Assembly (NCBI RefSeq): GCF_006345805.1
Contig: NC_042999.1
Span: forward strand, 145,452,001 to 145,516,000
Source: Octopus sinensis
Lineage: Eukaryota
DNA length: 64,000 nt
Reading direction: 5' to 3'
Notes under the pieces: generated by a model
Seen by the model: the letters and a program-made list of their open reading frames with translations, nothing else
The model's database searches: none
Told to the model about the DNA's origin: nothing
Translations under genes and position numbers: made by a program
Shown: piece after piece, positions 52,286-64,000 of the stretch
How the letters are laid out: each line of letters opens with the position of its first letter
How positions within the stretch are numbered: position 1 is the first letter of the stretch

Positions 52286-53179
52286 ATATTAGCATTTCTA
52301 GATATGCAAGTATATGCATGAGAATACATGTAATTACTTTATTTATCCCTTTTTTAAAGTGTTCCACCCTCCTGATCTTAGTATTTATATTGGACTTTAT
52401 GTAAGTAACCCTTCTACTTAAGTACCCCTAAGAAACTATAATATCATGTATGGATTAACACTAATAACATTTAAAACTTATAATATACCTCTTAGTTTAT
52501 AATTAGTATCAAATTAACATGTCCTATAACATCAATATTCCTTTAGCTAATACCAAGTATCAGTCTTTATTGATCCAAGCTAAATAAGTAAATAAACAAT
52601 ATTAATTTTATAATACTTAAATTATTATACATTTCTATAAATCTTCTCTATTGATGTTAATAAGGTATATGTACTTTATCATGTTTTTAGTGATTAAATT
52701 ATTTTATTCCATTTCTATGGTGTTCTACCCTACCTGATCATTTTATTATTTTATAATAGCCTTTATAAAATAAATCTAATATTTGTACCCCTATCAATTC
52801 ATACTTAGCTATTTATAATATAACACCGGTATCTACACAAGCTGGATCTCTAACAAGTCTTTCTTCCTGATACCTTAGTAGCTTCTAAGCTGAAGTGAAG
52901 ACAACATGTTCTTTATCTATCTCCTTACATCCTTGGAAGTTTTAGATAAAATTATACAAATGTGTTCATCTGATTTAATTTAATTTAATTCTATGTCTTT
53001 ATGCAGCTGGGGATTGCTCTGTATTTAAACTGATGTAATGATTGCATTATTCAATTATATTATCTAAGGCCTTTTGTATATTTTCACATGTACTGTAGTT
53101 AGAATTTTTATATTAATATTATTGTTAGGTGTTCCAGTATTATGAGTATTACATATACTCCTATTATTAGTTCTTATCT

Positions 53180-53240
<61 letters not shown>

Positions 53241-53289
53241 TTAATTATTATTATTATTACAGTTGTTTTTATATTTGTTAATTTTTCTT

Positions 53290-54930
53290 TTATTAGAATA
53301 GATCTATATTAGAACAGGCTATAATAGATCCTATGTTTGGTGTTGTAGAAAAGGATAATTTAATCGATGATCTATTAAACATATGATGATATTTATGATA
53401 CCCAAGAAAACTTTTTTTAACTATATTTAAAAACGTTTTTGCTAGACCCTTAATATTTAATGAAAATGGAGGTGTGTACCAAGTAATGTCTCTCTTTCCA
53501 CTCCTATTAGGTAGTTTATTACATTTATATATTGGTTTTGGGATTTGTATATTTTTCATTGAGTATTTATTGTTATTATTATATTTAGTTCTTTGCCTAT
53601 CATTATTTTTTCTAGGTTCTTTATTATATTGCGTAGAAGTTTCTTAATTTTTTTATTAATTGTATATTATTGTTATATTTAAGGTTATCTTTATATCTTG
53701 TTTTAATATCGTATGTATTTTTGTTTAATTCCATTTATGCTATGTAAATTTTTAGTTTAGTATCCTTTATGTATTTAATATTTTGTTTGAATCTGCTAGC
53801 AGCGAAAGCCTGATTGTAATAATTGGCATGATTATCAAAAATTTCTTCATTATAAGATAGGTCAGATATTCTAGTAGATATACTATTTACGATACTTTTA
53901 AGTAATGATATATGATGATTTGAATTAATATTTATATATTTTAGATATTCATTAAGTTTATGAAATGGAAAGTAGGTTTAATTATTAAGGTCTGAGGTTA
54001 CATCTTAAAAATTTGCTGTAGAATAACTTTCCTCAAATGTGATAGATAAACCAAACGTTTTATAAAATTTTTGTAGTTCCTCTCTCATTTTTCCTATTTC
54101 ACTTTTGGATCTACCGTTATAGACAAGAAGTGCGTCATCTCTATATAATCCTCCCATCAAAGATGGGAAGTAGGGTTTACTCTCATATAATAAATATAAT
54201 CCTACTAGATTTGTGATCTGTGCCGACTCCGACGATCCCATTCTAATATCAAATAAATTAAACTATTATTACCAGGTCGGCACCAAAATTTTTCATTGAA
54301 TTCAATTAGTGTTTTTCTAGTTAATAGAATAATTTCCGATGGTGTAACGTCATTATGATTTTTGGCTAAAATTATAGCTTCATTTAATATAATTGGTAAT
54401 ATTGATACGTAATAGTTGTTGATGTCTAGTCTAATAGTAGGATTAATATTAAAATCTAATTGATGGTCTTTCAGATTAAAATGTGGTGCATTTGGAGTAT
54501 ATATTTCCGTGCGGTGTTCAACGTCTAATTTACGCATAATTGTAGAATGTTCTTTATTTATCATTTCTAAACTTGATGGATTAGTAATTTTATAAGATTT
54601 ACATAATTCTTTATGTAGAAATTCTTGATATTGAGTAGGAGTAAAAGAATATAAATTTCCTGTTTTATCAGAGAAAACATGTATATAAGATGATATCATA
54701 ATATTGTTGACTATCTTGATAAGATTCTTTTGATATTTGGAATAAAATAAAGAGAATTTTATGGATTTTATCATATCTAATATTGCATTTTCAAAGTCCA
54801 TTAATAGTGGATTATGTGGAGGGTTTTTATATGATTTAAGTCCATTAGTATTATTCCTTTGGTCATTTATCTTTCCTTTGTTGTCATAAAAGAATGCTTT
54901 CCATCTCATTCCTTTAATTAAGTCATTTGT
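53290..54930 (-). mobile_element. Penelope-like element (Naiad-type), decayed RT region
   Basis: MRWKAFF..KS..PP; DKTGNLY; LKDH; MGSSESAQITNLVGL; GLYRDDAL; ITWYTPPFS..IKLSFSTTPNI; truncated at (ATT)n. Confidence 0.85.
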
Positions 54931-55271
54931 TTTCTGAAGTAATGCTAATAAATATGTGTCTTATATATATATATATATATATATAAGTTCAGCAAAATTT
55001 AGATTCAGATGAATATGGTACTTAAGTTAAAGGCTCCAGAATTTGATATGGTGTTATCCATATAAATCAAATGGGGTTATTATAATTAAAATCAAAAATA
55101 AGCAACAAGGATATCCAAGCAACTACTTTGGATATTCTTGTTGCTTATTTTGAGTATAATATATATGAATGTATATATATATATATATATGATTTTGATT
55201 TTGATTTTTCCAGTTTCAGCTAATGAGCTGTGGCCATGCTGGGGCGGCACCGCCATATATATATATATATG

Positions 55272-55525
55272 CAAGGAAAAATTATAAAAAGGCAGAATGC
55301 TAAAATGAAGGTAAATTTTAATGAAAATGGGTGTATGGAAAATTTTCTCAATTATAAAAAAAATTTGCTTTTCACCTTACAATTCTTGAAAAGTCGCATT
55401 GCGACGAAAACCGGTTTGAATTAATATATATATTAAAAAAAAAAAAGTTTTAAAATTTTCCTACACCCATTTTCATTAAAATTTACCTTCATTTTAGCAT
55501 TCTGCCTTTTTATAATTTTTCCTTG
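55272..55525. repeat. 75 bp near-perfect inverted repeat with 105 nt loop
   Basis: 55272-55346 versus 55452-55525 differ by one indel. Confidence 0.95.
55381..55422 (+). ncRNA. Minimal type I hammerhead motif, U3-A8 variant
   Basis: AATTC-TTGAAAA-GTCGC-ATT-GCGAC-GAAA-ACCGGT-TT-GAATT. Confidence 0.68.
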
Positions 55526-55576
55526 TCTTTCATTTCTCCACGTGCGGTCAACACAACCCCACCATTTATTGATTTA

Positions 55577-55697
<121 letters not shown>

Positions 55698-56085
55698 TAA
55701 AGCTTGATTCTGAAGAGTTTCAAATTGTAAAACGTTCCCAGTAACGGGCTGTTACATAAACTGCAAGTCAGTTTAAACCAGAATATTAACTGATAACTGA
55801 ATGCCAAAACAACGCGTTCTTTAGTCTTCAACTGTTTCTGCTATAAGATGTGCTTCGAAGGTTGATTGGGCGTGAGGCATCATAAAGCTTCCATTCTTTT
55901 AATAAGTGAAAGAATTCAGGGTCATTTGAATATTTGCAATTCATTAATAAGAAATAGACATTCATTACTGAGTCGAGTTACATCTAAATATGTATATGTA
56001 GCATGTATGTATGTACGTATGTATGCATGCATGCATGCATGTATGTATATATGTATGTATGTATCTGTCAATCAATCTATCTATC

Positions 56086-56180
<95 letters not shown>

Positions 56181-58633
56181 TGTATGCCAGACTTGTTTGG
56201 AGACGTCTGCAGCGGTATACTGCAACTGGCAGCAAAACGGGAGCATACCCGGTTTTGTGAGTCGAGGAGCTGTAACTCTGCTGAAGAAAGATCCAACAAG
56301 GGAAACATTATAGATAACTTTAGGCCAATCACTCTGCTCATGCAGACCTGAAAATTTTGACAAAGGTGTTAGCAAGAGGTTGCGCTTGTCATGGAAGAAA
56401 CTGGTCGACAACGCACAAACGTGCGCCGTGCCGGGCCGGAGCATCCATGACAACCTCCATCTGATGCGCTACATCATAGACAGGGTAGTTAACGAACCTG
56501 GCATGGGTGGGGCCCTGATCAACTTGGATCAATCGAAAGCCTTTGATAGGGTATAGACCATCGATACTTGGAGGCAGTCCTGAGAGCGGCTGGTTTCGGT
56601 CCCGTCTTCCGCGGCTGGATAGCGGCCTTGTACAGAGGCATCCGTTCGGTAATTCGCGTAAATGGACATCTATCGAGACCTTCGACATTGCACGTTCGGT
56701 CCGTCAGGGATGCCCCCTCTCGGCGCTTCTATACGTATTGACTCTTGAGCCACTACTGCGGAAGCTGGCGACTCTGAGGGGCAACCCGCGAGAATTAGGA
56801 TGCGGGACGAGCGTGTCTGCATACGCGGACGACGTCACCGTCATAGTGTCAAGCCACGAGCACATCGAGCGGGTCGGCGAGACACTGAAAGACTACGAAG
56901 CGGTGACAGGAGCAAAAATCAACCGGGAAAGTCAGTGGGCTTGCGGCTCGGCACCTGGAGAAGCAAACCCATGCCGTCCACCAGTACCTCCGTCGTGGGA
57001 CGCTGGACAGACGGCCCGGTTGAGTTGCTCGGGGTCTGGTTCGGTCCGGACCTCCAAATGGAGAAGAACTGGAACGAGATAACGAGTAGGGTGGTCACTC
57101 TCGCCCAGCAATGGGCCGAGAGGAAACTGTCCCTAAAAGGTCGGGCGGAGGTGGTGAACGCGTACATCGCGTCCATCATCTACTACCGCCTGACCGTCGT
57201 ACCTTGTCCCGACCCTACCATCACCAAACTAGAACGCATCCTCTTCCGCTTCTTGTGGAAAGGATGCGTCCCGATGGTCAGGCGATCCATTTGCTGTCAA
57301 CACCCGTTAAAAGGAGGGCTGGGCATGCCGTGGTTGATGATGCGCAGACACGCGCTGAGGAGACTGCGACATCTCCGGCTCTATGTAGACGACGGTGAAC
57401 AGGTGTGGTCGCCGTTTGTGAGGCACGCATTCCCGCAACTCGTCTCCTGACCTAACTACAGTCGTGGATCAAAAAGAGGCCGAAGAAGGGCGAATGGCAC
57501 CGCGAGTGTCGCGTTGCTCTCAAGCAACTCTGCCGTCCCGGGTCGACCTTGAGTGACTTCAACACAACCAAAGCATTCTATAGGGGATTAGTGGAGGGGA
57601 GGTACGACGACGAGCTCGGGGCAAACTGGGCGTCGACGAGGAATACCTGACCCGCCTGTTTCAAACGACTTTCGGCCCGGGACCTATGGACAACTTCCAG
57701 AGATCCCTGGCCTGCGGTGCTACCGGAAGCGCTACCCGTTCGGGATAAGCTCTATAGGCATGGCTCGAGAAACACGGGGCCGACCTGCCCGAGATGCGGG
57801 CAGAGCGACGAAACCGCTCTGCACGCAATCGTGCAGTGTCCAGCAATTTCCCACCTGTGGGCTTATGTCGAACGACTGCTGTCACGTGTGGGACGTGTTC
57901 GGTTTATCAGCCGAGTCTATCGTTAATATCGTCACGCCTCCTTCCTTCAAACGGGAAGGAAGAGCTATTTTTATCATACTTGTGGCTATGGCGAAAGAAT
58001 GTATCTAGTGGACGCGTCTGAAAGGATTAGAGACAAACACTTTCCTCTCTGGTCAATCTCTCATTCAACTTCTCAAGTATCACTTGAAGAAAAAAGTGAG
58101 AGTAGAGAGGCAAGTTTTGTCTAGTGAATGTTTTAAAAAAAAGATGGGTGAATGTAGCAAGGATGGCACGTATGAATGACGAAGCCACCTTGACTATGAT
58201 TCTATGAACCGTAAAATTAATACAGAGAGTTGCTTATTTGCAAAAAAAAAAAAAAAAAAAGAAAAATAACATGTGACTTCATTGACCGAGGTTACCGTGG
58301 TCTTTTCCGTAGGCTTTTCTTTCCACGGGTAAACCTCACCTGTCCCCCCCTTTACACTACATATTGACATTTCTGTGATAACGATCCCTATTGATCAATT
58401 TTTTTCCTCTCCCCCTTTTTTTTAACCCCCCCCTTTTTTTAACCCCCCCTTTTTTTTTGTCCTCTTTCTCTCCTTTTACGATCCCTTTTGATCGACCCCC
58501 CTTTTTTATTTTATTTTTATTTTATTTTTTTTTTTTTTTTTATTTTATTTTTTTTTTTTTTAAACCTTCAAAAGAAAAGCTCTACCTTGTAATTTGTTCT
58601 ATGTGTGCAGCCCTGTGTGGCTAATAAAGAAAC
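56181..58633 (+). mobile_element. Tx1 family A, 5'-truncated copy flanked by (CTAT)n
   Basis: RT motifs (NFRPITLL, LDQSKAF, RQGCPLSALL, YADDV) with many single-base indels; 3' part closely matches 1-1694. Confidence 0.93.
58288..58337 (+). promoter_or_regulatory. ENE-like hairpin, second copy
   Basis: Identical to 1407-1456; AAAGAAAAG at 58571-58579. Confidence 0.6.
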
Positions 58634-58667
58634 ATATCTATCTATCTATCTATCTATCTCTATCTTT

Positions 58668-58860
58668 TATTTCTTACCTGTTTCAGTCATTAAACTGTGG
58701 CCATGCTGGGGCACCGCCTTGAAGTTTTAGTAGAATGAATCGACCCCAGTACTATGATTTAAAGCCTGGTACTTATTCAATCGGTCACATTTGCAGAACC
58801 ACTAAGTTACAGGGACGTAAACCCACCAACACCGGCTGTCAAGTGGTGCTGGGCGTACAA
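58668..58860 (-). mobile_element. Partial cephalopod-type SINE (3' half)
   Basis: Reverse complement of the SINE tail. Confidence 0.75.
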
Positions 58861-58929
58861 ACCTCTATGCATGTGCACTGTTCCTTGGAAATGAATTAAA
58901 CCGCCATAGACGCACACATACACAAAACA

Positions 58930-60949
58930 CAAGGAAATACAATGGCAAATGCCTCACACACCCGAGCATAGAAACATGAAATGCTCTAACTCTAAAAACC
59001 ACACAATACCTATAAATACCATAACTAATAATAACTCCAGAACTACGTTATGGTATAATACTCCGTTCGGGAAACAAATAATATCCAACATTCCCCGGCA
59101 GTTTTACACCGTGATCGAGAAACACTTTCCCAAGTCTACCAAGTACTATAAAATATTCAATACGCACAATGTCCGACTCGCCTTCTCCACTAGCCGTAAC
59201 CTAGCACAGATATAACCAGTTCACAATGCGAGTAGACTATCTCAGTTCTGAAGGACCGGTGAAAATAGTACATTAAACAAGAATAATGAATCTATCAAAG
59301 ATAATATTGCTTATCCGAATCCAGAAGAAAGGGTAGAAACAACTAACAACGGAATGGACCAGGGCACTAAAACCAAAATAACACGCACAAGAATGAGGGT
59401 AAGTAGTACTCGAAGAACCAACACTCAAAAGAAACAACCCAAACACATACAAATACCTCCACAGCAGAGGGGGCGCGAACCGCAAGAAATACAAGCGCAC
59501 AAACATCTATGCATAAGAAGCGTAGAAATAATACCAGACCGATGGAAACGAGGACAGCATACCTTCTAATGGATGCTATAACATGATATATAATAGAAAT
59601 AAGGAATTAAGTTCCGGCTACTGTGCCAGGGATGCGGTATGCCCTTTAGGCTCAAAATATTCGGCGAAAATCACTTCTGAGGGAAGAACGTTCTTCTATA
59701 TCGAGGCAAGCTGTCTTAATTTCAAGAAAAGTATGGCTAATCACTTAAATTCTTTTATGGATAAGATAAAGGTGAATCATACTAGGATATTTGTGGTTTT
59801 CGTCACTGCATGTCGAAATCTTTCAAAAACCTTATAGATGTAATTTTTGACGATGAATCCGAATTTGTTATTCATTTTTTCCAGAAAAATTGCAAGTGTT
59901 CAAAGTTTGATAATTTTTAGAATTTTCAGCAATCAGAAAACAGCGCGTTCGCTACGTCTTCCATCATCAGGGGGAAAGGGGCACCGGTATGTCAAAATAT
60001 TAAACTATTGACAGTAAACAGTGAAAAACCTTAAAACATTAGCGAGCAAATTAAATATTTAAAAGCTACAAACAAACCAACAGGAGTTGCTAGAAATAGT
60101 AGTCAAAACATTGAAATATACATGAGCAAAGTTAACAGTGAAAACAGTGAAAAACATTAAAAGATTCGCGAGCCAATTAAATATTTAAATGCTACGAACA
60201 AACCAATAGGAGCTGCTAGAATTAACAGTTAAAACATTGCTTAAAACAGACATTTATTAGTTTAAGAATTTCAAGAACAAAAGTTGTGGCCATCTCGTCA
60301 CTGTTCTAAAATATCTATATCGTTCTAGAATCGAATCCCTTCTGTTAGGGAAATAAACAATTATAGAATACGTGATGGTTACACTCCTTATGCGCATGTG
60401 CAGCATCTTTGGTCACAACGGAAACAGAATTCTTCGCAATCAGCTATGGAACACGTGGTGCTTCTTTGCTTTGGTTACTATGGAAACCGAGTTCTTCGCC
60501 ACGGTGATATGTAAAACACTTGCTTCTGATTGGCTAAAATACCCAAATTTTGCAAATTGTAAAAGCTAATAACTTTTTAATTATGGATTTATAAGAAAAA
60601 TGAATTTCATTTTCCTACTTAGTATACAAAACTTAATCCATATATCAAATTTGAAAATAATTGGTACAAAATTGTAAACAGATACGAAAACAGCATGGTT
60701 CCCAATACTAGCCTAAGCAAACTAACCTGGTCAAATAAAGACAGGAACCATACCTACACTATAGAGTATGAAATAATCAGTACAGCTAAACCATATCGGG
60801 CAGGAAAAAGTAGATATGACTTGTGTGTAGAAGAATTATACCAAATATCTGCATCGAGAGACGCAATACTTAATATCAGAATTGAACAAGCCCTAAGATG
60901 ACAAAACAAACACAAGACTTTTAAAAAATTGACAGAAGGTTCTAGCTAA
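58930..60949 (+). mobile_element. Penelope-like element (Naiad-type) C-terminal/GIY-YIG region, decayed and interrupted
   Basis: LWYNTPF...KHFP....KIFN..NVRLAFS; CPLG..YSAKIT..FFYI.AS..NFK; [insertion]; TSLSKL.W; YEIIS.A.PY; DLC.EE; ILN.R.E. Confidence 0.8.
59786..60704. mobile_element. ~0.92 kb unclassified insertion splitting the PLE endonuclease
   Basis: PLE reading frame resumes across it; ATACTAG is duplicated at 59779-59785 and 60705-60711. Confidence 0.65.
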
Positions 60950-61607
60950 CCAATGCCCCACCCACAGTCGAGAGTGAAAGGACGGATAAAAGAATATATC
61001 TTAAACTTTAAAACTTCATGGCCCTCCTTAAGAAACCTAGCATATACTTTATCCAATGTAGACCACACAACATAAACAACACAGCCAAGAAAATGAATAT
61101 ATGAACAACTAAAAACTTTAAACTACGAGCATTACTCTTGAAATCATATCTACAGCGTACTCAACCACTACAATAAACAAGAAGCCCTGCAAAAACACTA
61201 ACATCAACCTTGACCTAATTAGACCGAACTCTGACTTCGGACAGCAGCTGGTGTGAATCTGAGGTCAACCGCACAAACCTAGAAACTGATCACATTTCAG
61301 TTTCAAAACAACCCCCACCACGACCATCTTCCCCCGAACTCTAAGTAACAAAAAACAAACTTCACTCAGTTTTCTTCGAAACTAGCCAAACTCTGAAGAA
61401 GCTACACCGAAAATCGTGCCAGGTTGCATCTGCAACTGCCCGTAATGTGTGCGGTGGAAAAACGTGCAGGTCATTAGGACCATAAAAATATACTGTATAA
61501 AATTGTAAAATAAGACGAAATAAATTTTGAAAATGAACAGATTGCCAGGTTCGATAGAATTACTGTTAATTTATATATATATGTATATATATATATATAT
61601 ATATGTG

Positions 61608-62215
61608 TAATGTAGGATAAAATTTTTTCGAAAAAAGTTCTTTTCCCAAAAAATTTTATCAATGGCCAGCATATTAAAAAATACCTATAAAGGTTAAAAT
61701 TATAAACAATTCATAAATAAGGGCAAACGAAAAATTTTCTAATGCCAAAAATTGGACATATTGTCCATTAACCATATAATCTTTTCACAATACGCACGCT
61801 ACTCGAAAAAAGGTGGACAGAAATTTCTAAAAAAATTCCATTATTACCGGACCGATTTCAGGGTTAGCTTATAACAGCCCTCCCTTCGTCAGTGATATAA
61901 GTGGCAAAAGAAATAAATGAGATACTTACTCATACCCATGGAAGAAGCAAACACTAAGTCATGAGCATAATTAAGTACCCCAAATACATCCAAAATAGAA
62001 ATAACCAGCCCATTCGAGACACGTGTGATTTGAACTGATGCTCTCACAGAATGAAAGAGTCCGGAAGTGAACGCTTAAATTTATATCTAATGTACGATAA
62101 AATTTTTTTCGAAAAAAATTATTTTCCAAAAAAATTTTATCAATAGCCAGCATATTAAAAAATACCTTTAAAGGTTAAAATTATAAACAATTCATAAATT
62201 TTATTTATGAATTGT
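61608..62215 (-). mobile_element. Penelope-type pLTR partial tandem with hammerhead and terminal hairpin
   Basis: ~110 bp direct repeat (61608-61718 and 62088-62199), hammerhead between them, 13 bp hairpin at 62187-62215. Confidence 0.65.
61844..61898 (-). ncRNA. Type I hammerhead motif, canonical core, GUC site, stem I decayed
   Basis: Minus strand: ATATCA-CTGACGA-AGGG..GCT-GTTATA-AGC..CCCT-GAAA-TCGG-TC-CGGTAAT. Confidence 0.68.
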
Positions 62216-62228
62216 GTATATATATATG

Positions 62229-62273
<45 letters not shown>

Positions 62274-62329
62274 GGGTATATATGTATATATATATATGTA
62301 TGTATGTGTGTGTGTGTGTGTTGGTTTCA

Positions 62330-62530
62330 AATTTTGGCCAACACTAGAAATTTCGGGACAGAAGGTAAGTCGATTACTTGGGCCAAGTGAACAACTGGTA
62401 CTTATTTTATCGATAACGCAAGGGTGAAAAGCTAAGTCGACCTCGGCGGAATTTGAACTCAGAACGGAAAGACAGACGACATGTCAATAAGCAATTTTGC
62501 CGGTCTGCCAGCAATCCTGCGAAGTCTTCG
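62330..62530 (-). mobile_element. Second-family SINE
   Basis: Reverse complement of the 46764 family. Confidence 0.7.
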
Positions 62531-63195
62531 CCTCTCACACCCACACACCCTAAAGTCTATTTCTACGACGAGTTATAATAAAAATAATACTTTTCGTGGA
62601 ATATATACTGTATTTTACAAGAGCTGTGATAGTGACTTCGAAGTTTCGGTTTGCTAGCCTTCTGACGGTGCTACATTTAGGTTCATCCTTGCTTTATATA
62701 TTATCTGGTAAATTTGGTCTCCTGGGGTAGGTGGAGCTATTTTGCATGATCATTACGTTGTAGCGTAAGTTCTGATGGAAAGATATTATAGGTTCTTACT
62801 TAAGACAGACGTGTATTATGATTTAGATTTCAGTCATGCGAGTCATACTTTGTAATCGTGTCTATTTAGGTGTGTAGGCTTGTCTTTTTAGGGTTCACAA
62901 AAGGCTGTAAGTAGGCGAAAAGGTTAGTTGATCAGCAGATGTGTTACTAGATTTGTTGGGACAATCTTTGGAAGATTTAACCTATTTGCTTTGGGATGGT
63001 GGAGGTTATTGTGCAGATTTCAGTCAAGCATGTAAAATTTTATAATTTAGTCATCTCGTTTTCATAAAAGAATGTAAGTAGGTGGAAATGTTAGTAGGTC
63101 AGTGGATTTCTAACTAGATTAATCAGCTATTTTCACCTATTCTTTATACATCCCCATCCAACTCATATTACAGATCCTTTACATAACACTACACC

Positions 63196-63361
63196 AGGCG
63201 TGGCTGTAGGGCAAAACGCTAGCTTCATAACCACATGGTTCCGCGTTCAGTTCCGTTGCATGTCACCTTGGGCAACTAACTTCTACTATAGCCTCAGGCC
63301 GACAAATATCTTGTGAGTGGATTTGGTAGGCGGAAACTGAAAGGAGCCGTCGTATATATAC

Positions 63362-63392
<31 letters not shown>

Positions 63393-63398
63393 CATATG

Positions 63399-63460
<62 letters not shown>

Positions 63461-63662
63461 TGTGTGACTGTGTTTGTCCCGCCACCATCACTTGATAATC
63501 GATGTTGGTGTGTCTACGTCCCTGTAACAAAGCGGTTCGACAGAAAAGACAGACAGAATAAGTACCAGGCTTACAAAGAATAAGTTCAGGGGGTCGATTT
63601 CTTCGAATAAAATGTGGTGTTCCAGCATGGCTACAGCCAGTTGACTGAAACAAGTAAAAGAA
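63196..63662 (+). mobile_element. Cephalopod-type tRNA SINE
   Basis: Colinear with 21543-21936. Confidence 0.85.
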
Positions 63663-63739
63663 TACTTTTGTATATACACCTTGCTATAAGTCTGATATTC
63701 AAACGTGTTAAATTATTCATTGTATTTGTGTAAATGTAT

Positions 63740-63904
63740 GTGTTTGTATGTATGTATGCATGTATGTATGTATGTATGTATGTATGTATGTATGTATGTA
63801 TGTATGTATGTATGTGTGTGTGTGTATGTATGTATGTATGTATGTATGTATTTATGTATGTATGTATGTATGTATTTATGTATGTATGTATGTATGCATG
63901 TATG

Positions 63905-63938
<34 letters not shown>

Positions 63939-64000
63939 TGTATGTATGTATGTATGTATGTATGTATGTATGCATGCATGCATGCATGTATGTATGTATG
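63740..64000. repeat. (TATG)n microsatellite
   Basis: Directly visible. Confidence 0.95.

Noticed and set aside
59935-59975. Minus-strand CTGATGA..GAAC-GCGC hammerhead-like string
   Set aside because: GAAC instead of GAAA; stems I and II do not pair.
61385-61425. CTGAAGA-AGCTACACC-GAAA downstream of the plus-strand PLE
   Set aside because: Right place for a pLTR hammerhead, but stems I-III cannot be paired; at most a decayed relic.

Overview
This window is AT-rich, repeat-dense animal DNA with no recognisable host gene, rRNA, true tRNA or CRISPR array. The SINE families and dense (TA)n/(TG)n/(TATG)n/(CTAT)n/(ATT)n microsatellites suggest an octopus or other coleoid genome (inference from recognition, not searched). 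It contains: three families of L1/Tx1-clade LINE (family A twice on +; a long family B copy on - with ORF1 and EN-RT ORF2; an ORF1-only copy nested in an LTR); an internally deleted Ty3/Gypsy element; two R4/Dong-type RLE LINE pieces at (TAA)n; two decayed Naiad-type Penelope-like elements (PLEs); three mariner relics; fold-back/MITE elements; many SINEs; and a 2.25 kb near-identical duplication. Two kinds of RNA structure not explained by the ORF track stand out. (1) Both family A Tx1 3' UTRs carry an identical U-rich internal-loop hairpin. It has an exactly complementary downstream AAAGAAAAG tract, in the topology of a MALAT1/ENE-type triple helix, and the element ends without a poly(A) tail. 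(2) Seven hammerhead ribozyme motifs (one pair is a duplicate) plus one degenerate motif occur, including U3-G8 and U3-A8 core variants and long branched stem II forms. All structures were paired by eye and none was computed or tested.
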